A stretch of DNA of 42,625 bases from Candidatus Saccharibacteria bacterium UBA5152 (GTDB lineage Bacteria > Patescibacteriota > Saccharimonadia > Saccharimonadales > UBA4665), in assembly GCA_002413755.1 (NCBI GenBank), contig DHXQ01000045.1:1814-44438 (forward strand), read 5' to 3'. Shown in pieces: positions 17,629 to 26,243 of the stretch (the first letter of the stretch is position 1; every line of letters starts with the position of its first letter). The notes beneath the pieces were generated by a model, which saw only the letters and a program-made list of their open reading frames with translations, ran no database searches and was not told the origin of the DNA. A program made the translations under genes and the position numbers.

Positions 17629-19230
17629 ATGAGTCAAGACGCCAGACTAAGTGAGGAAAGTGCAACCGCTCGGCGCGCCCGAATATTGGGGCTCGACTAT
17701 GTTGACACCTCAGCCATTCCTCAAAAACAGCTGTACAAACACGTTTTGCCGTTCGATCAGATCCAAACCCACCGCATCGTGCCGCTCCAGGCAGATGAGT
17801 TCACCATCTTGTTCGGCATTACGACCACTACTTCACAACAGACGATGAACTCCGCCAAGGAGCACTTCAGTAACCAGCGAATCACCTTTGCCATCATCTC
17901 GGAGAGCGGATTTAACGAATACATCCGGCTGTACAACCCACCGAAGACGATTGAGTATGCAGATGTCTCTCTGGGCACCAAAACCGACACCAGCTTGATT
18001 GAATCGGTGTCGGCGCAGCTGGATCAAGTCCTATCTGACGATGTGCTGGCCTACCTGGTCAAGCAAGCCTACAGGTTGAACGCCTCTGATATTCATCTGG
18101 AAAACCAAAAGGAATCAGTCCGGGTGCGTTTCCGGGTTGATGGTGTGCTGCACCCCATTGCCTCGATATCGACTGATAAATACCGCCAGCTGATATCATC
18201 GATCGCCCAAGCGGCCAATGTCTCGACTGGTTCGCCCGAGCCGCAGAGCGGCCACATCAGTAAGGCGTACAAAATGGCCACTGGCGAAGACGTTACCGTT
18301 AACTTACGCGTCGAGACTATCCCGACCGTCTACGGACTCGACGTTGTAATGCGCCTTTTCAACCTCAAGCTTGAACTCCTCAACCTTGATAGCCTTGGAC
18401 TATCGGAGCGCGAGCGTTCAGTTGTGGATGACATTATTACCCATCCGACGGGTATGGTATTAGTGGTAGGTCCAACTGGTTCCGGTAAGACCACAACGCT
18501 CTATTCGTTGATTACGACTCTCAATTCCGACGAACGGAAGATTATTACGCTCGAAGAGCCGGTGGAATACTTTATGCCCGGTGTAGTACAGATCCCGGTC
18601 GAAGGCGACCATAACTCATCCGGTTTTGCTGATAAGCTGCGCGCCGTGCTGCGCCTTGACCCCGACACGGTCATGATTGGTGAGATTCGTGACCAGGATA
18701 CTGCCAAGACCGCTCTGCAAGCCGCTTTGACTGGCCACTTAGTCCTCAGCACCTTCCACGCCAGCTCGGCCGCCGCTGCTGTCTCACGTCTGATGGATTA
18801 TATCGGTATCAACCCGTTATTCTCATCGGCTATCCACTTAATCATGGCCCAGCGCTTAATTCGCCGGCTGGATGACGCTACCAAACAGAGCTATAAGCCC
18901 GATGACGCGCTCAAGAGCCAACTCCAAACGATTGTCGATACCTTGCCGCCCGGTGTTGAGCGGCCTGATCTATCCGACTTGACACTTTATAAGGCTGGTA
19001 CGTCAGCCGAGCACCCCTTTGGCTTCACCGGCCAATTTCCAATCCGCGAACAGCTGCAGATGACCCACGGCGTCCAGCAACTGCTGCGCCAGCCGCCCGG
19101 CCAGGTGACCACCGACATGATCGAACAGAAAGCCATCGAAGACGGTATGATCACCCTGCTGCAAGATGGCGTCCTGAAGGCCATCCGCGGTGACACCACT
19201 CTCGAAGAAGTCTATCGCGTCGTCGGTTAA
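17629..19230 (+). CDS. Type II/IV secretion-family ATPase (PilB/GspE-like)
   Basis: 533 aa. It has an N-terminal MshEN/T2SSE_N-like region, Walker A GPTGSGKTTT, Asp box ITLEEPVEY, Walker B DTVMIGEIRD, and His box GHLVLSTFHA. Confidence 0.85.
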   Translation: MSQDARLSEESATARRARILGLDYVDTSAIPQKQLYKHVLPFDQIQTHRIVPLQADEFTILFGITTTTSQQTMNSAKEHFSNQRITFAIISESGFNEYIRLYNPPKTIEYADVSLGTKTDTSLIESVSAQLDQVLSDDVLAYLVKQAYRLNASDIHLENQKESVRVRFRVDGVLHPIASISTDKYRQLISSIAQAANVSTGSPEPQSGHISKAYKMATGEDVTVNLRVETIPTVYGLDVVMRLFNLKLELLNLDSLGLSERERSVVDDIITHPTGMVLVVGPTGSGKTTTLYSLITTLNSDERKIITLEEPVEYFMPGVVQIPVEGDHNSSGFADKLRAVLRLDPDTVMIGEIRDQDTAKTALQAALTGHLVLSTFHASSAAAAVSRLMDYIGINPLFSSAIHLIMAQRLIRRLDDATKQSYKPDDALKSQLQTIVDTLPPGVERPDLSDLTLYKAGTSAEHPFGFTGQFPIREQLQMTHGVQQLLRQPPGQVTTDMIEQKAIEDGMITLLQDGVLKAIRGDTTLEEVYRVVG

Positions 19231-19259
19231 TTACTGCGGCGCCTTGTCACTGGTGCCTC

Positions 19260-19288
19260 TTGCCGCCACATAACAGATATGGTATACT
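19260..19288 (+). promoter_or_regulatory. Putative sigma-70-type promoter of rplS
   Basis: TTGCCG-N17-TATACT, with TGg immediately upstream of the -10 box (extended -10). It lies about 40 nt upstream of the rplS ATG. Confidence 0.4.
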
Positions 19289-19327
19289 TGATTTCAAGTG
19301 CAAATAATAAGTGTAAAGTAGAGAATT

Positions 19328-19801
19328 ATGGATTCAATAGCCCGCAAAGTTTCAGAACAGTTCAAGAAGTCGTCAGTCGTTGACGTCCAAAGTGGTGACA
19401 CCGTCAAGGTCCACCAGAAGATCCGTGAAGGCAGCAAAGAGCGCGTTCAGATCTTCCAGGGCTTGGTTATCCGTACCGACAACAAGAACTCGCACACCAG
19501 CCGTATTACGGTTCGCCGTATCGCCAGCGGTGTTGGTGTCGAAAAGAGCTTCCTGATGCACAGTCCCCTGGTTGTGAAGGTTGAAGTTACCAAGCGCTCC
19601 AAAGTCCGCCGTAACTACCTGACTTACATGCGTGAGCGCACCGGTAAAGCTGCCCGCCTTACTGGCCTCGACTTCGACCGCCGCGCTGTCAATGACTTAC
19701 CTGTCGACGCTCGCGAAGCGGGGAGCGCTAGCGACCCAGTTGTCACCGAGGCTCCTGAAGCTCAAACAGCAGAAACTCCCGACGCTCCTGTCGAAGCCTA
19801 A
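19328..19801 (+). CDS. rplS: 50S ribosomal protein L19 with an acidic/Pro-Ala C-terminal extension
   Basis: 157 aa. The L19 core is present (DVQSGDTVKVHQKIREGSKERVQIFQGLVI ... RRNYLTYMRERTGKAARL), followed by an extra tail of about 40 aa. Confidence 0.9.
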   Translation: MDSIARKVSEQFKKSSVVDVQSGDTVKVHQKIREGSKERVQIFQGLVIRTDNKNSHTSRITVRRIASGVGVEKSFLMHSPLVVKVEVTKRSKVRRNYLTYMRERTGKAARLTGLDFDRRAVNDLPVDAREAGSASDPVVTEAPEAQTAETPDAPVEA

Positions 19802-19822
19802 CATTCCTGAACCCCGAATCCC

Positions 19823-19852
19823 AAAGCCGCACATCTCGTGCGGCTTTTCGTT
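19823..19852 (+). terminator. Rho-independent terminator after rplS
   Basis: AAAGCCGCAC-ATCTC-GTGCGGCTTT forms a 10-bp stem, followed by TCGTT. Confidence 0.55.
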
Positions 19853-19863
19853 ATACTACAGTT

Positions 19864-20547
19864 ATGATCACAATCGGGATTGATGAAGTTGGCCGCGGCT
19901 GCTGGGCCGGGCCGCTGGTGGCGGGTGCAGTGGCTTTTACGTCGGCGCAACCGGCGCTTGAAGGGCTTAACGATTCGAAAAAACTGAGCCGTCTGAAGCG
20001 CGATATGCTGGATGTATTGATCCGCCCGCAGGCTGCGGCCTACGGTTTGGGCTGGATTTCGCCGGAAGCTATTGACAAGCATGGTATTACGAATGCCGTC
20101 AAGGGGGCCATGGAGGCTGCCGTATCAGAGGTGCTGCGTGAGCTCGTGCGGCAGGCATCAGCTGCCAAGCGCCGCTTGCTGACTGGCACAGCTGGTGATA
20201 TTTCGCTGCTGGGATTTGATGAGGAACCGATCGAAATTGTGATTGATGGCTCGTATAACTTTTTGAAGGATTTCGTGCTACCTTCGAGTCTGGCGGCGCG
20301 GGCGACAGTCCGGACTTTGGTCGGGGCCGATGGGCTGGTGCCGGCGGCCAGTGCGGCCAGTATCATCGCCAAGGTCGCCCGCGACAACTTCATGATCGAC
20401 AAGGCCCACCGAGCCTACGCTGTCTTTGGCTTTGATAAGCATGTCGGTTACGGCACAGCATTGCATATTGCGGCGCTGGCTAAATATGGCCCGTGCGAGC
20501 TGCACCGCAAATCGTACAAGCCGGTCAAAAAATTTATGCTGCACTAG
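19864..20547 (+). CDS. rnhB: Ribonuclease HII
   Basis: 227 aa. IGIDEVGRGCWAGPLVAGAV and DSKKLS are catalytic-site motifs, and ASIIAKVARD is also present. Confidence 0.9.
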   Translation: MITIGIDEVGRGCWAGPLVAGAVAFTSAQPALEGLNDSKKLSRLKRDMLDVLIRPQAAAYGLGWISPEAIDKHGITNAVKGAMEAAVSEVLRELVRQASAAKRRLLTGTAGDISLLGFDEEPIEIVIDGSYNFLKDFVLPSSLAARATVRTLVGADGLVPAASAASIIAKVARDNFMIDKAHRAYAVFGFDKHVGYGTALHIAALAKYGPCELHRKSYKPVKKFMLH

Positions 20548-20575
20548 ATTATTCTTTCCGGCTACAATCTCTCAG

Positions 20576-20622
20576 AGACTCGGTTTTTTGTGGCCACAAT
20601 GGGCCCACAAAAAACCGAGTCT
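20576..20622. repeat. Perfect 18-bp inverted repeat (hairpin) between rnhB and yraN
   Basis: AGACTCGGTTTTTTGTGG (20576-20593) and CCACAAAAAACCGAGTCT (20605-20622) are exact reverse complements with an 11-nt loop. No U-tract follows on either strand. Confidence 0.7.
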
Positions 20623-20683
20623 ACACACAGAGCCAGGGGCGGATGGCTTTTTAGATTTGGGTATCTTTGTTACAATCGAAGCC

Positions 20684-21034
20684 ATGACAAGATTGACCAC
20701 AGTGGCTACTGGCAACCGCGCCGAGCAAGCGGCCGCTGAATACCTGATACGCGCTGGATATGACGTGATTGATCGCAACTATCGCCGCAAGCATTGCGAG
20801 ATTGACATCGTCGCCCGGCGAGATAGCACGGTGTATTTTGTCGAAGTGAAGTACCGGGCCGACGACCACTTTGGCGGCGGGCTGGCGTATATCGGCCATG
20901 ATAAGCTGCGACACATGGAACGGGCGGCGCTGACCTGGGTAACTGACCGGCACTGGGATGGTGAATATACGCTATCGGCCATCGAAGTCGGGGGTGACTA
21001 CGAAGTACTCAACTTTATCGAATCTATCTGGTAG
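20684..21034 (+). CDS. yraN: YraN-family (UPF0102) endonuclease-like protein
   Basis: 116 aa from the ATG at 20684. GNRAEQAAAEYLIRAGYDVIDRNYRRKHCEIDIVARRDSTVYFVEVKYR is the family signature. TGtTACAAT (20668-20676) lies 7 nt upstream. The longer ORF-track start at 20426 overlaps rnhB and is rejected. Confidence 0.85.
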   Translation: MTRLTTVATGNRAEQAAAEYLIRAGYDVIDRNYRRKHCEIDIVARRDSTVYFVEVKYRADDHFGGGLAYIGHDKLRHMERAALTWVTDRHWDGEYTLSAIEVGGDYEVLNFIESIW

Positions 21035-21042
21035 CCAAACAC

Positions 21043-21693
21043 TTAGGACGACAGTGTGACGATGGTATTGATGGTAGAGGCGATGATAACTGTGCCGAAG
21101 AGATAAGACAGTAAACAGTGACGCATGACGGTGGCGCGGATGGCCGAGCTGCTAATATTAGTGTCAGACACCTGGAAGGTCATACCAAGTGTGAAGGCCA
21201 GGTAGGCAAAGTCCATGTAAGTTGGCGGTTCGGATTGGTTGAAGCTGACACCACCTTCCGGCTTGCCATAGTACATGCGAGCGTAGCGTAGCATGAACGA
21301 AGTGTGCAACAGCGCCCATGACACGACGACGCTGCCTAGTCCGAGGCTGATATCGATCGCCTTGGACGAGCCGGTACTGCTGCTGGCGTGGATAATCAGC
21401 AAGCCAACAGCCACCAAACTGGCGATGCTGCCGACGGTGACTAACAGGTCGCCAATTGCCCGGCCGGGGTTTTCACTGACGGCGTGGGCTTTGGTGACGG
21501 CGCCATCAAAATGCATAACCCCGACAAATACGGTGGCGATATACACCAGGGCCAGCACGTCCCAGCCAGCCAGCGGGGCATAGGTACCGCCTCCCAGCAC
21601 GGCCAACACTATGGCGACGGTCAGGCCGCTGAAGGTGGCCAGGACGATGCGGCTGCGGGCGGTCAGAGTCTTGGTGCTGCGAGTACGTGTCAT
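21043..21693 (-). CDS. DUF1345-like integral membrane protein
   Basis: 216 aa with multiple TM helices. The segment LRYARMYYGKPEGGVSFNQSEPPTYMDFAYLAFTLGMTFQVSDT matches my recollection of the DUF1345 conserved core. Confidence 0.6.
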   Translation of the reverse strand: MTRTRSTKTLTARSRIVLATFSGLTVAIVLAVLGGGTYAPLAGWDVLALVYIATVFVGVMHFDGAVTKAHAVSENPGRAIGDLLVTVGSIASLVAVGLLIIHASSSTGSSKAIDISLGLGSVVVSWALLHTSFMLRYARMYYGKPEGGVSFNQSEPPTYMDFAYLAFTLGMTFQVSDTNISSSAIRATVMRHCLLSYLFGTVIIASTINTIVTLSS

Positions 21694-21714
21694 ATTGCTT
21701 ATGCTATCACGAGG

Positions 21715-24285
21715 TTAGGTTTTGAAGAAATCCTGGATTGATTTCAGGTCGCGTTCCATCCATTTCAGGCGGTTGTCGATTTCCTCGATGCCGATCTCAA
21801 TGTTGCGCTTTAGCACGATCTGGTCGAGTTTGGGTACGAAGAATTCGCGGAACCGGGCGGCCAGCGCAGGCGTGTTAACGCCTCCGGCGGCGTAGCGCGG
21901 CATGTAGTCATATGATTTGTCGTTGCTGTAGGTTTTCTCGATCCAGGCCCACTCGTTGGTCATGAAGTCCCAAGCGGTGTCACGGACGTAGCGGTTGCGC
22001 ATTAGATAAACCAGCCAGCGGTCAGCATCCTGGGGCTTGATAAGCTTGGCGTCTTTGATGCGGTTAAGTAGGAAAGTGGCATTATCCGACGAGTGTGTCA
22101 CGGTGAGCGCGGCAGAGATGTCGGCCTTTAGGTCACTATTGCTGGTGCTATCATGGAGTTTGACGAGGTAGTCAAAGGCTGCCTGCGATCCCTGTTTGAC
22201 GGGTACGGCGAAGACAATTGAGCGGATTTCTGACGACAGACTCTTCGGATCTTTCTGGTAGTCAGCAAAGCGCTTGTTGGCTTCTTCCAGAATCGCTGGA
22301 TGGTCGGCGTACGAGCCAAGCGACAGGATGATGGCCCGCAGCTTCTGGTCGGCGGAGGATTCACCGGCCTGCTCGTCCCAACCGAGGCGTTTGTATTGCT
22401 GCTCCACCAGCTTACGGATATAGGTTTTGATCTGATCTTCGAGGGCTTCGTCGCTGTCGACAAAGCGGCGTGATTCACCGATGATGACTGAGATCATGTC
22501 CCAAACCGATTCGTTGGATTCATCGGCGTAGGCTGCCAGCATCGCCAGTACTTCGCCGTAGGAAGCGTAGCCAGCGCGGGCCAGCATCGAGATGTCATTG
22601 AGGGCGATCAGACGCTCGCCGTTACTGAGGGTTTTATCGGCGATGAGTTCGCGCAGCTTGCTGCGCTGTGCTTCAGTGGCGTAGCGGACGATGTAATGAC
22701 CGCGGGCACCGGTGTTGATCCGGGCCATGTCGGTGTCGTCAGTTTCAATCTGCAGGCCGGCTTCATCGGTCATGGTGGGGATGGTATCGAGGCTGGGGAA
22801 GAGCGGTACGGGCCAGAGCCGGGTCTTGTCGGCCTTGGCCGGGTTGTCCGAGAAGTGCTCCTGGGCGATGTCGATCACACCTTTATCTTCAGAAATGGTG
22901 ACGACCGGGAAACCAGGGCGGATTAACCAGGGGTTCATGAAGGCCGCCACATCGACACCACTCGTTTCCGATAACTCTTTCCAGAGGTCGCTGCCCTCGG
23001 TGTTCTTGTAGGCAAATTTGGTGAAGTAATTGCTCAGACCCTTACGAAAGGCGTCTTCACCGATGAAGCTTTTGAGCATGTAGAGCAGGCGTCCACCTTT
23101 GGCGTAAACGATCGACGGATCAAACAGGGTGCTGATTTCGTCGGGATGATTAACTTCAGTACGGACGGCCTGGACGCCGGGGGTGGCATCGCGGCGCAGC
23201 GCGCTCAGGGCTTCGGAAGCGGTGAAAGTATCCCAAATCTGCCAGTCGGGGAACATGCTGTCAACGGACTGGTATTCCATCATGTTGGCAAAGGATTCGT
23301 TGAGCCAGAGGTCGTTCCACCATTTCATGGTGACCAGGTTGCCAAACCACTGATGGCTGGTCTCGTGGGCGACGACCAAGGCGATCTGCTCCCTTACAGA
23401 CTGCGAAGCATCACCGGGGTAAGCCAGTAGCACCCGCTCGCGGTAGGTGATCAGTCCCCAGTTTTCCATGGCACCGCTACTGAAGTCGGGTAGGGCGATA
23501 TGGTCGGCCTTGGCCAGCGGGTAGGGTACACCGAAGTAATCTTCGAAGAACTCGATGCTGCGGACGGCTACATCGAGCGCGAAGTCGAGCGAGTCGATCG
23601 GGTGGGCCTTGGTCGAATATAGCGTCACATCGACGCCGGATTTGGTCTTGGCGGTTTTGGACTGCAGGTCGCCGACGGCCCAGGCTAGGAGGTAGCTGCT
23701 CATGCGCGGGGTGGTCTCGAAAGTGGTGACCATCTTGTCATTTTCCGTCTTTTGCTCCTTGATAGGCGTGTTGGCGAGAGTGGTGATGTCGGATTCAGTA
23801 GTTAGCGTCAAATCAAAGGTCGCCTTGGCTTCCGGCTCATCGATACACGGAAAGACTTCGCGGGCATGGTGGCTCTCGAACTGGGTTGCCAGTAGCGCCA
23901 ACTCCTGGCCATCGATCTTGAAGTAGCATGGGTAAAGTCCTGTCATGCCGGGCGTAATCGGTGCTTCGAATGTAATACTGACGGTGTATTCGCCAGGGTA
24001 GAGCATATCATCGGTGTGGAGCCGTAGTTCGTGAAAACTTTTCTGCTGATTTATCCGTGAAACGACTATTTCACGGGCTCCTTTCTTGTCTTTGGCGGTA
24101 ATGGTGGCGGAGGTGATTTTGAGGTCTTTGGCGTGAAATGTCAGGCGTTTGCTGGGACGGCCGGTTTTGCGGCCTTTTATCGTGACGGAGCCATCAAAAT
24201 GCATCTTGGCACGGTCAAGATTGATCTTTAGATCATATGACTCGGGCTGGAATGATTCGAATAGCCGGCTGACAGTTTTGCTCAT
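21715..24285 (-). CDS. pepN: M1-family aminopeptidase N
   Basis: 856 aa. The GAMENWG exopeptidase motif and HETSHQWFGNLVTMKWWNDLWLNESFA (HExxH-x18-E) are present. A GGAGG Shine-Dalgarno lies upstream. Confidence 0.9.
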   Translation of the reverse strand: MSKTVSRLFESFQPESYDLKINLDRAKMHFDGSVTIKGRKTGRPSKRLTFHAKDLKITSATITAKDKKGAREIVVSRINQQKSFHELRLHTDDMLYPGEYTVSITFEAPITPGMTGLYPCYFKIDGQELALLATQFESHHAREVFPCIDEPEAKATFDLTLTTESDITTLANTPIKEQKTENDKMVTTFETTPRMSSYLLAWAVGDLQSKTAKTKSGVDVTLYSTKAHPIDSLDFALDVAVRSIEFFEDYFGVPYPLAKADHIALPDFSSGAMENWGLITYRERVLLAYPGDASQSVREQIALVVAHETSHQWFGNLVTMKWWNDLWLNESFANMMEYQSVDSMFPDWQIWDTFTASEALSALRRDATPGVQAVRTEVNHPDEISTLFDPSIVYAKGGRLLYMLKSFIGEDAFRKGLSNYFTKFAYKNTEGSDLWKELSETSGVDVAAFMNPWLIRPGFPVVTISEDKGVIDIAQEHFSDNPAKADKTRLWPVPLFPSLDTIPTMTDEAGLQIETDDTDMARINTGARGHYIVRYATEAQRSKLRELIADKTLSNGERLIALNDISMLARAGYASYGEVLAMLAAYADESNESVWDMISVIIGESRRFVDSDEALEDQIKTYIRKLVEQQYKRLGWDEQAGESSADQKLRAIILSLGSYADHPAILEEANKRFADYQKDPKSLSSEIRSIVFAVPVKQGSQAAFDYLVKLHDSTSNSDLKADISAALTVTHSSDNATFLLNRIKDAKLIKPQDADRWLVYLMRNRYVRDTAWDFMTNEWAWIEKTYSNDKSYDYMPRYAAGGVNTPALAARFREFFVPKLDQIVLKRNIEIGIEEIDNRLKWMERDLKSIQDFFKT

Positions 24286-24357
24286 AGGTACCTCCTGGTG
24301 ATGTGCTGTAAAGTCTACGATCTATAGTATCACCTTAGAATCGGAGCCGGGATGGTT

Positions 24358-24813
24358 CTAGTGTTCTTCTATTGAAATGCCGGGGCCTAGTATCTTGCCG
24401 ATCGTGTCACGGGTGTGTTTGCGGGTGCCGCGCTCAGGGATGCTGTAGGGTGTATAACGACTGCTGAAGAAGGCAGCATTTGGCGTGTCTTCGCCGAGTC
24501 CCCACAAGAAGCCGGCATCTTGGGCAATGACGCGCCGCTTTCTTTGCGGGTCGGACAAGTCGTATAAGGTTGACTCGCGGCGATACAGGTCAGTGCTTAA
24601 CTCATCAGCAATCAGGGCTGCGGTGTTAGGCTGCATTTCGGCTGCCAGAATGAGGTCGTCATAGCTGCGGAATGTGCTGGGTGGTGCCGCAATTACCAGT
24701 TCGCCGATACGGGCAGCCATCAAGAGGATGACGTCACCCTCGTGTCTTCGAGGTAAATATATCACTTCCGGGTTAAGCGTGAGTACGAATGAGGTGGTCT
24801 CTAGTAGGCTCAT
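24358..24813 (-). CDS. Hypothetical protein
   Basis: 151-aa ORF with no recognisable motif. Its coding status rests on ORF length and its fit in an otherwise empty slot. Confidence 0.45.
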   Translation of the reverse strand: MSLLETTSFVLTLNPEVIYLPRRHEGDVILLMAARIGELVIAAPPSTFRSYDDLILAAEMQPNTAALIADELSTDLYRRESTLYDLSDPQRKRRVIAQDAGFLWGLGEDTPNAAFFSSRYTPYSIPERGTRKHTRDTIGKILGPGISIEEH

Positions 24814-24940
24814 AAAGTGTTACTTTCGTATAAAACTCTACAATTAGCATACATCAATAAACGTAAGGGTCAACAATTGATTTACGGAGGTACAACTCCG
24901 GTGCGCATGCATAGTGTGTACCGAGGATACATGCGAAGGA

Positions 24941-24968
24941 TTGACAAGTCGCCAATATTCCATATAAT
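24941..24968 (+). promoter_or_regulatory. Consensus sigma-70-type promoter in the nusA leader
   Basis: TTGACA (24941-24946), a 16-nt spacer, then TATAAT (24963-24968). Both hexamers match the consensus perfectly. Confidence 0.55.
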
Positions 24969-24980
24969 TAACAGTGTTCG

Positions 24981-25006
24981 ATCCGGCCAGCAGGTCGGAT
25001 TTTTTC
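24981..25006 (+). terminator. Intrinsic terminator / attenuator hairpin in the nusA leader
   Basis: ATCCGGCC-AGCA-GGTCGGAT forms an 8-bp stem with one G.U pair, followed by TTTTT. It starts about 6-8 nt after the predicted TSS of the consensus promoter and ends 62 nt upstream of the nusA ATG. Confidence 0.55.
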
Positions 25007-25067
25007 ATACGAAAACCCTACAATTCAGAGTTTGAGTGAGCATTATAAATGAAAAGGAGAAAATAGA

Positions 25068-26243
25068 ATGGATATGGATTTTAAACAATTGGCTGTGGCC
25101 ATCAAGGCAATCGCCGAAGAGAAAAACTTGCCAGAGGATACTGTCAAAGAAGTCGTTGAGCAAGCCCTGGCCGCTGCCTACCGCCGTGACTACGGTGATC
25201 GCGAGCAGGAAGTCCGCGTCACTATGAACCTCAACACCGGTGAGGTTGACGCCTATGTTGCTAAGGAAGTTGTTGAGCGCATCGGTGACGGCGACTACGA
25301 AATCAGCCTCAGCGACGCCAAGGTTATGAAGAAAGACGTCAAGATTGGCGATATGATTGAGCTCCACGAAAAGGTCGAGAACTTCGGCCGCGTGGCTGCC
25401 CAGACCGCTAAGCAGGTTATTTTGCAGCGCCTGCGTGAAGCTGAACGGGAAATCGTTATGGCTGAATACGAAGATAAAATCGGCACCGTTATCAACGCTG
25501 TCGTCTCACGCGTTGAAGGTAACATCGTCCGCATCGACCTCGGCAAAGCGCAAGGTATCATGCCTCGCAGCGAACAGATCCAAGGCGAGCGTTACTACCC
25601 CGGCCAGCGCCTGAAGGTCTTCCTGAAGGACGTGGAGCGCGGTTTCCGCGGCCCGCAGTTGGTCGTTTCTCGTGGTAACACCCAGTTTGTTGAATGGTTG
25701 TTCCGCTCCGAGGTTCCAGAAATGGAATCCGGCGCAGTCGAAATCAAGGGCATCGCCCGCGAAGCCGGCGTCCGCAGCAAGATCGCTGTCGCATCCAACG
25801 TCCCTGGTGTCGACCCAGTCGGTACCTTCGTCGGCGGCCACGGTACCCGTGTCAACGCTGTGATGAGCGAAATCGGCGAACAGGAAAAGATCGACATTGT
25901 CGTCTGGAGCGACAACACCGTTGAATACATCATGAACGCGCTCAGCCCAACCCGCGTTGACCGCGTCGAACTCGACGACAACACCAAGAAGGCTCGTGTT
26001 ATCGTTCCCGAAGACCAACTGAGCATCGCTATCGGTAAAAGCGGTCAAAACGTCCGCCTGGCTAGCAAGCTGAGCGGTTACGACATTGACATCGAAGCCG
26101 ACAAGCCTCGGGCAGCCGCTCCTGAAGTCGAGGCTGCCGAAGGCGTCGTTCAGACCACTGAACTGCCAAAGATTCCAAAACTGAAGCGTAAATCTGATCT
26201 CGAGAACAGCCTGCTCGAAGCTATCGAAGAACACGGCGAATAG
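25068..26243 (+). CDS. nusA: Transcription termination/antitermination factor NusA
   Basis: 391 aa with an N-terminal domain, an S1 domain (GTVINAVVSRVEGNIVRIDLG), and KH1/KH2 domains (IAIGKSGQNVRLASKLSG). An AAAGGAG Shine-Dalgarno is present. Confidence 0.92.
   Translation: MDMDFKQLAVAIKAIAEEKNLPEDTVKEVVEQALAAAYRRDYGDREQEVRVTMNLNTGEVDAYVAKEVVERIGDGDYEISLSDAKVMKKDVKIGDMIELHEKVENFGRVAAQTAKQVILQRLREAEREIVMAEYEDKIGTVINAVVSRVEGNIVRIDLGKAQGIMPRSEQIQGERYYPGQRLKVFLKDVERGFRGPQLVVSRGNTQFVEWLFRSEVPEMESGAVEIKGIAREAGVRSKIAVASNVPGVDPVGTFVGGHGTRVNAVMSEIGEQEKIDIVVWSDNTVEYIMNALSPTRVDRVELDDNTKKARVIVPEDQLSIAIGKSGQNVRLASKLSGYDIDIEADKPRAAAPEVEAAEGVVQTTELPKIPKLKRKSDLENSLLEAIEEHGE

Noticed and set aside
20426-20683. 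Long N-terminal extension of the yraN ORF (ORF-track start at 20426)
   Set aside because: It overlaps the rnhB 3-prime end by more than 120 nt and crosses the 18-bp palindrome. The YraN homology begins right after the ATG at 20684, which has an extended -10 box 7 nt upstream.
24817-25035. 72-aa GTG-initiated ORF upstream of nusA as a possible RimP substitute
   Set aside because: It has no similarity to RimP and a basic, low-complexity composition. It spans the consensus promoter and terminator hairpin, so regulatory DNA is the better explanation.
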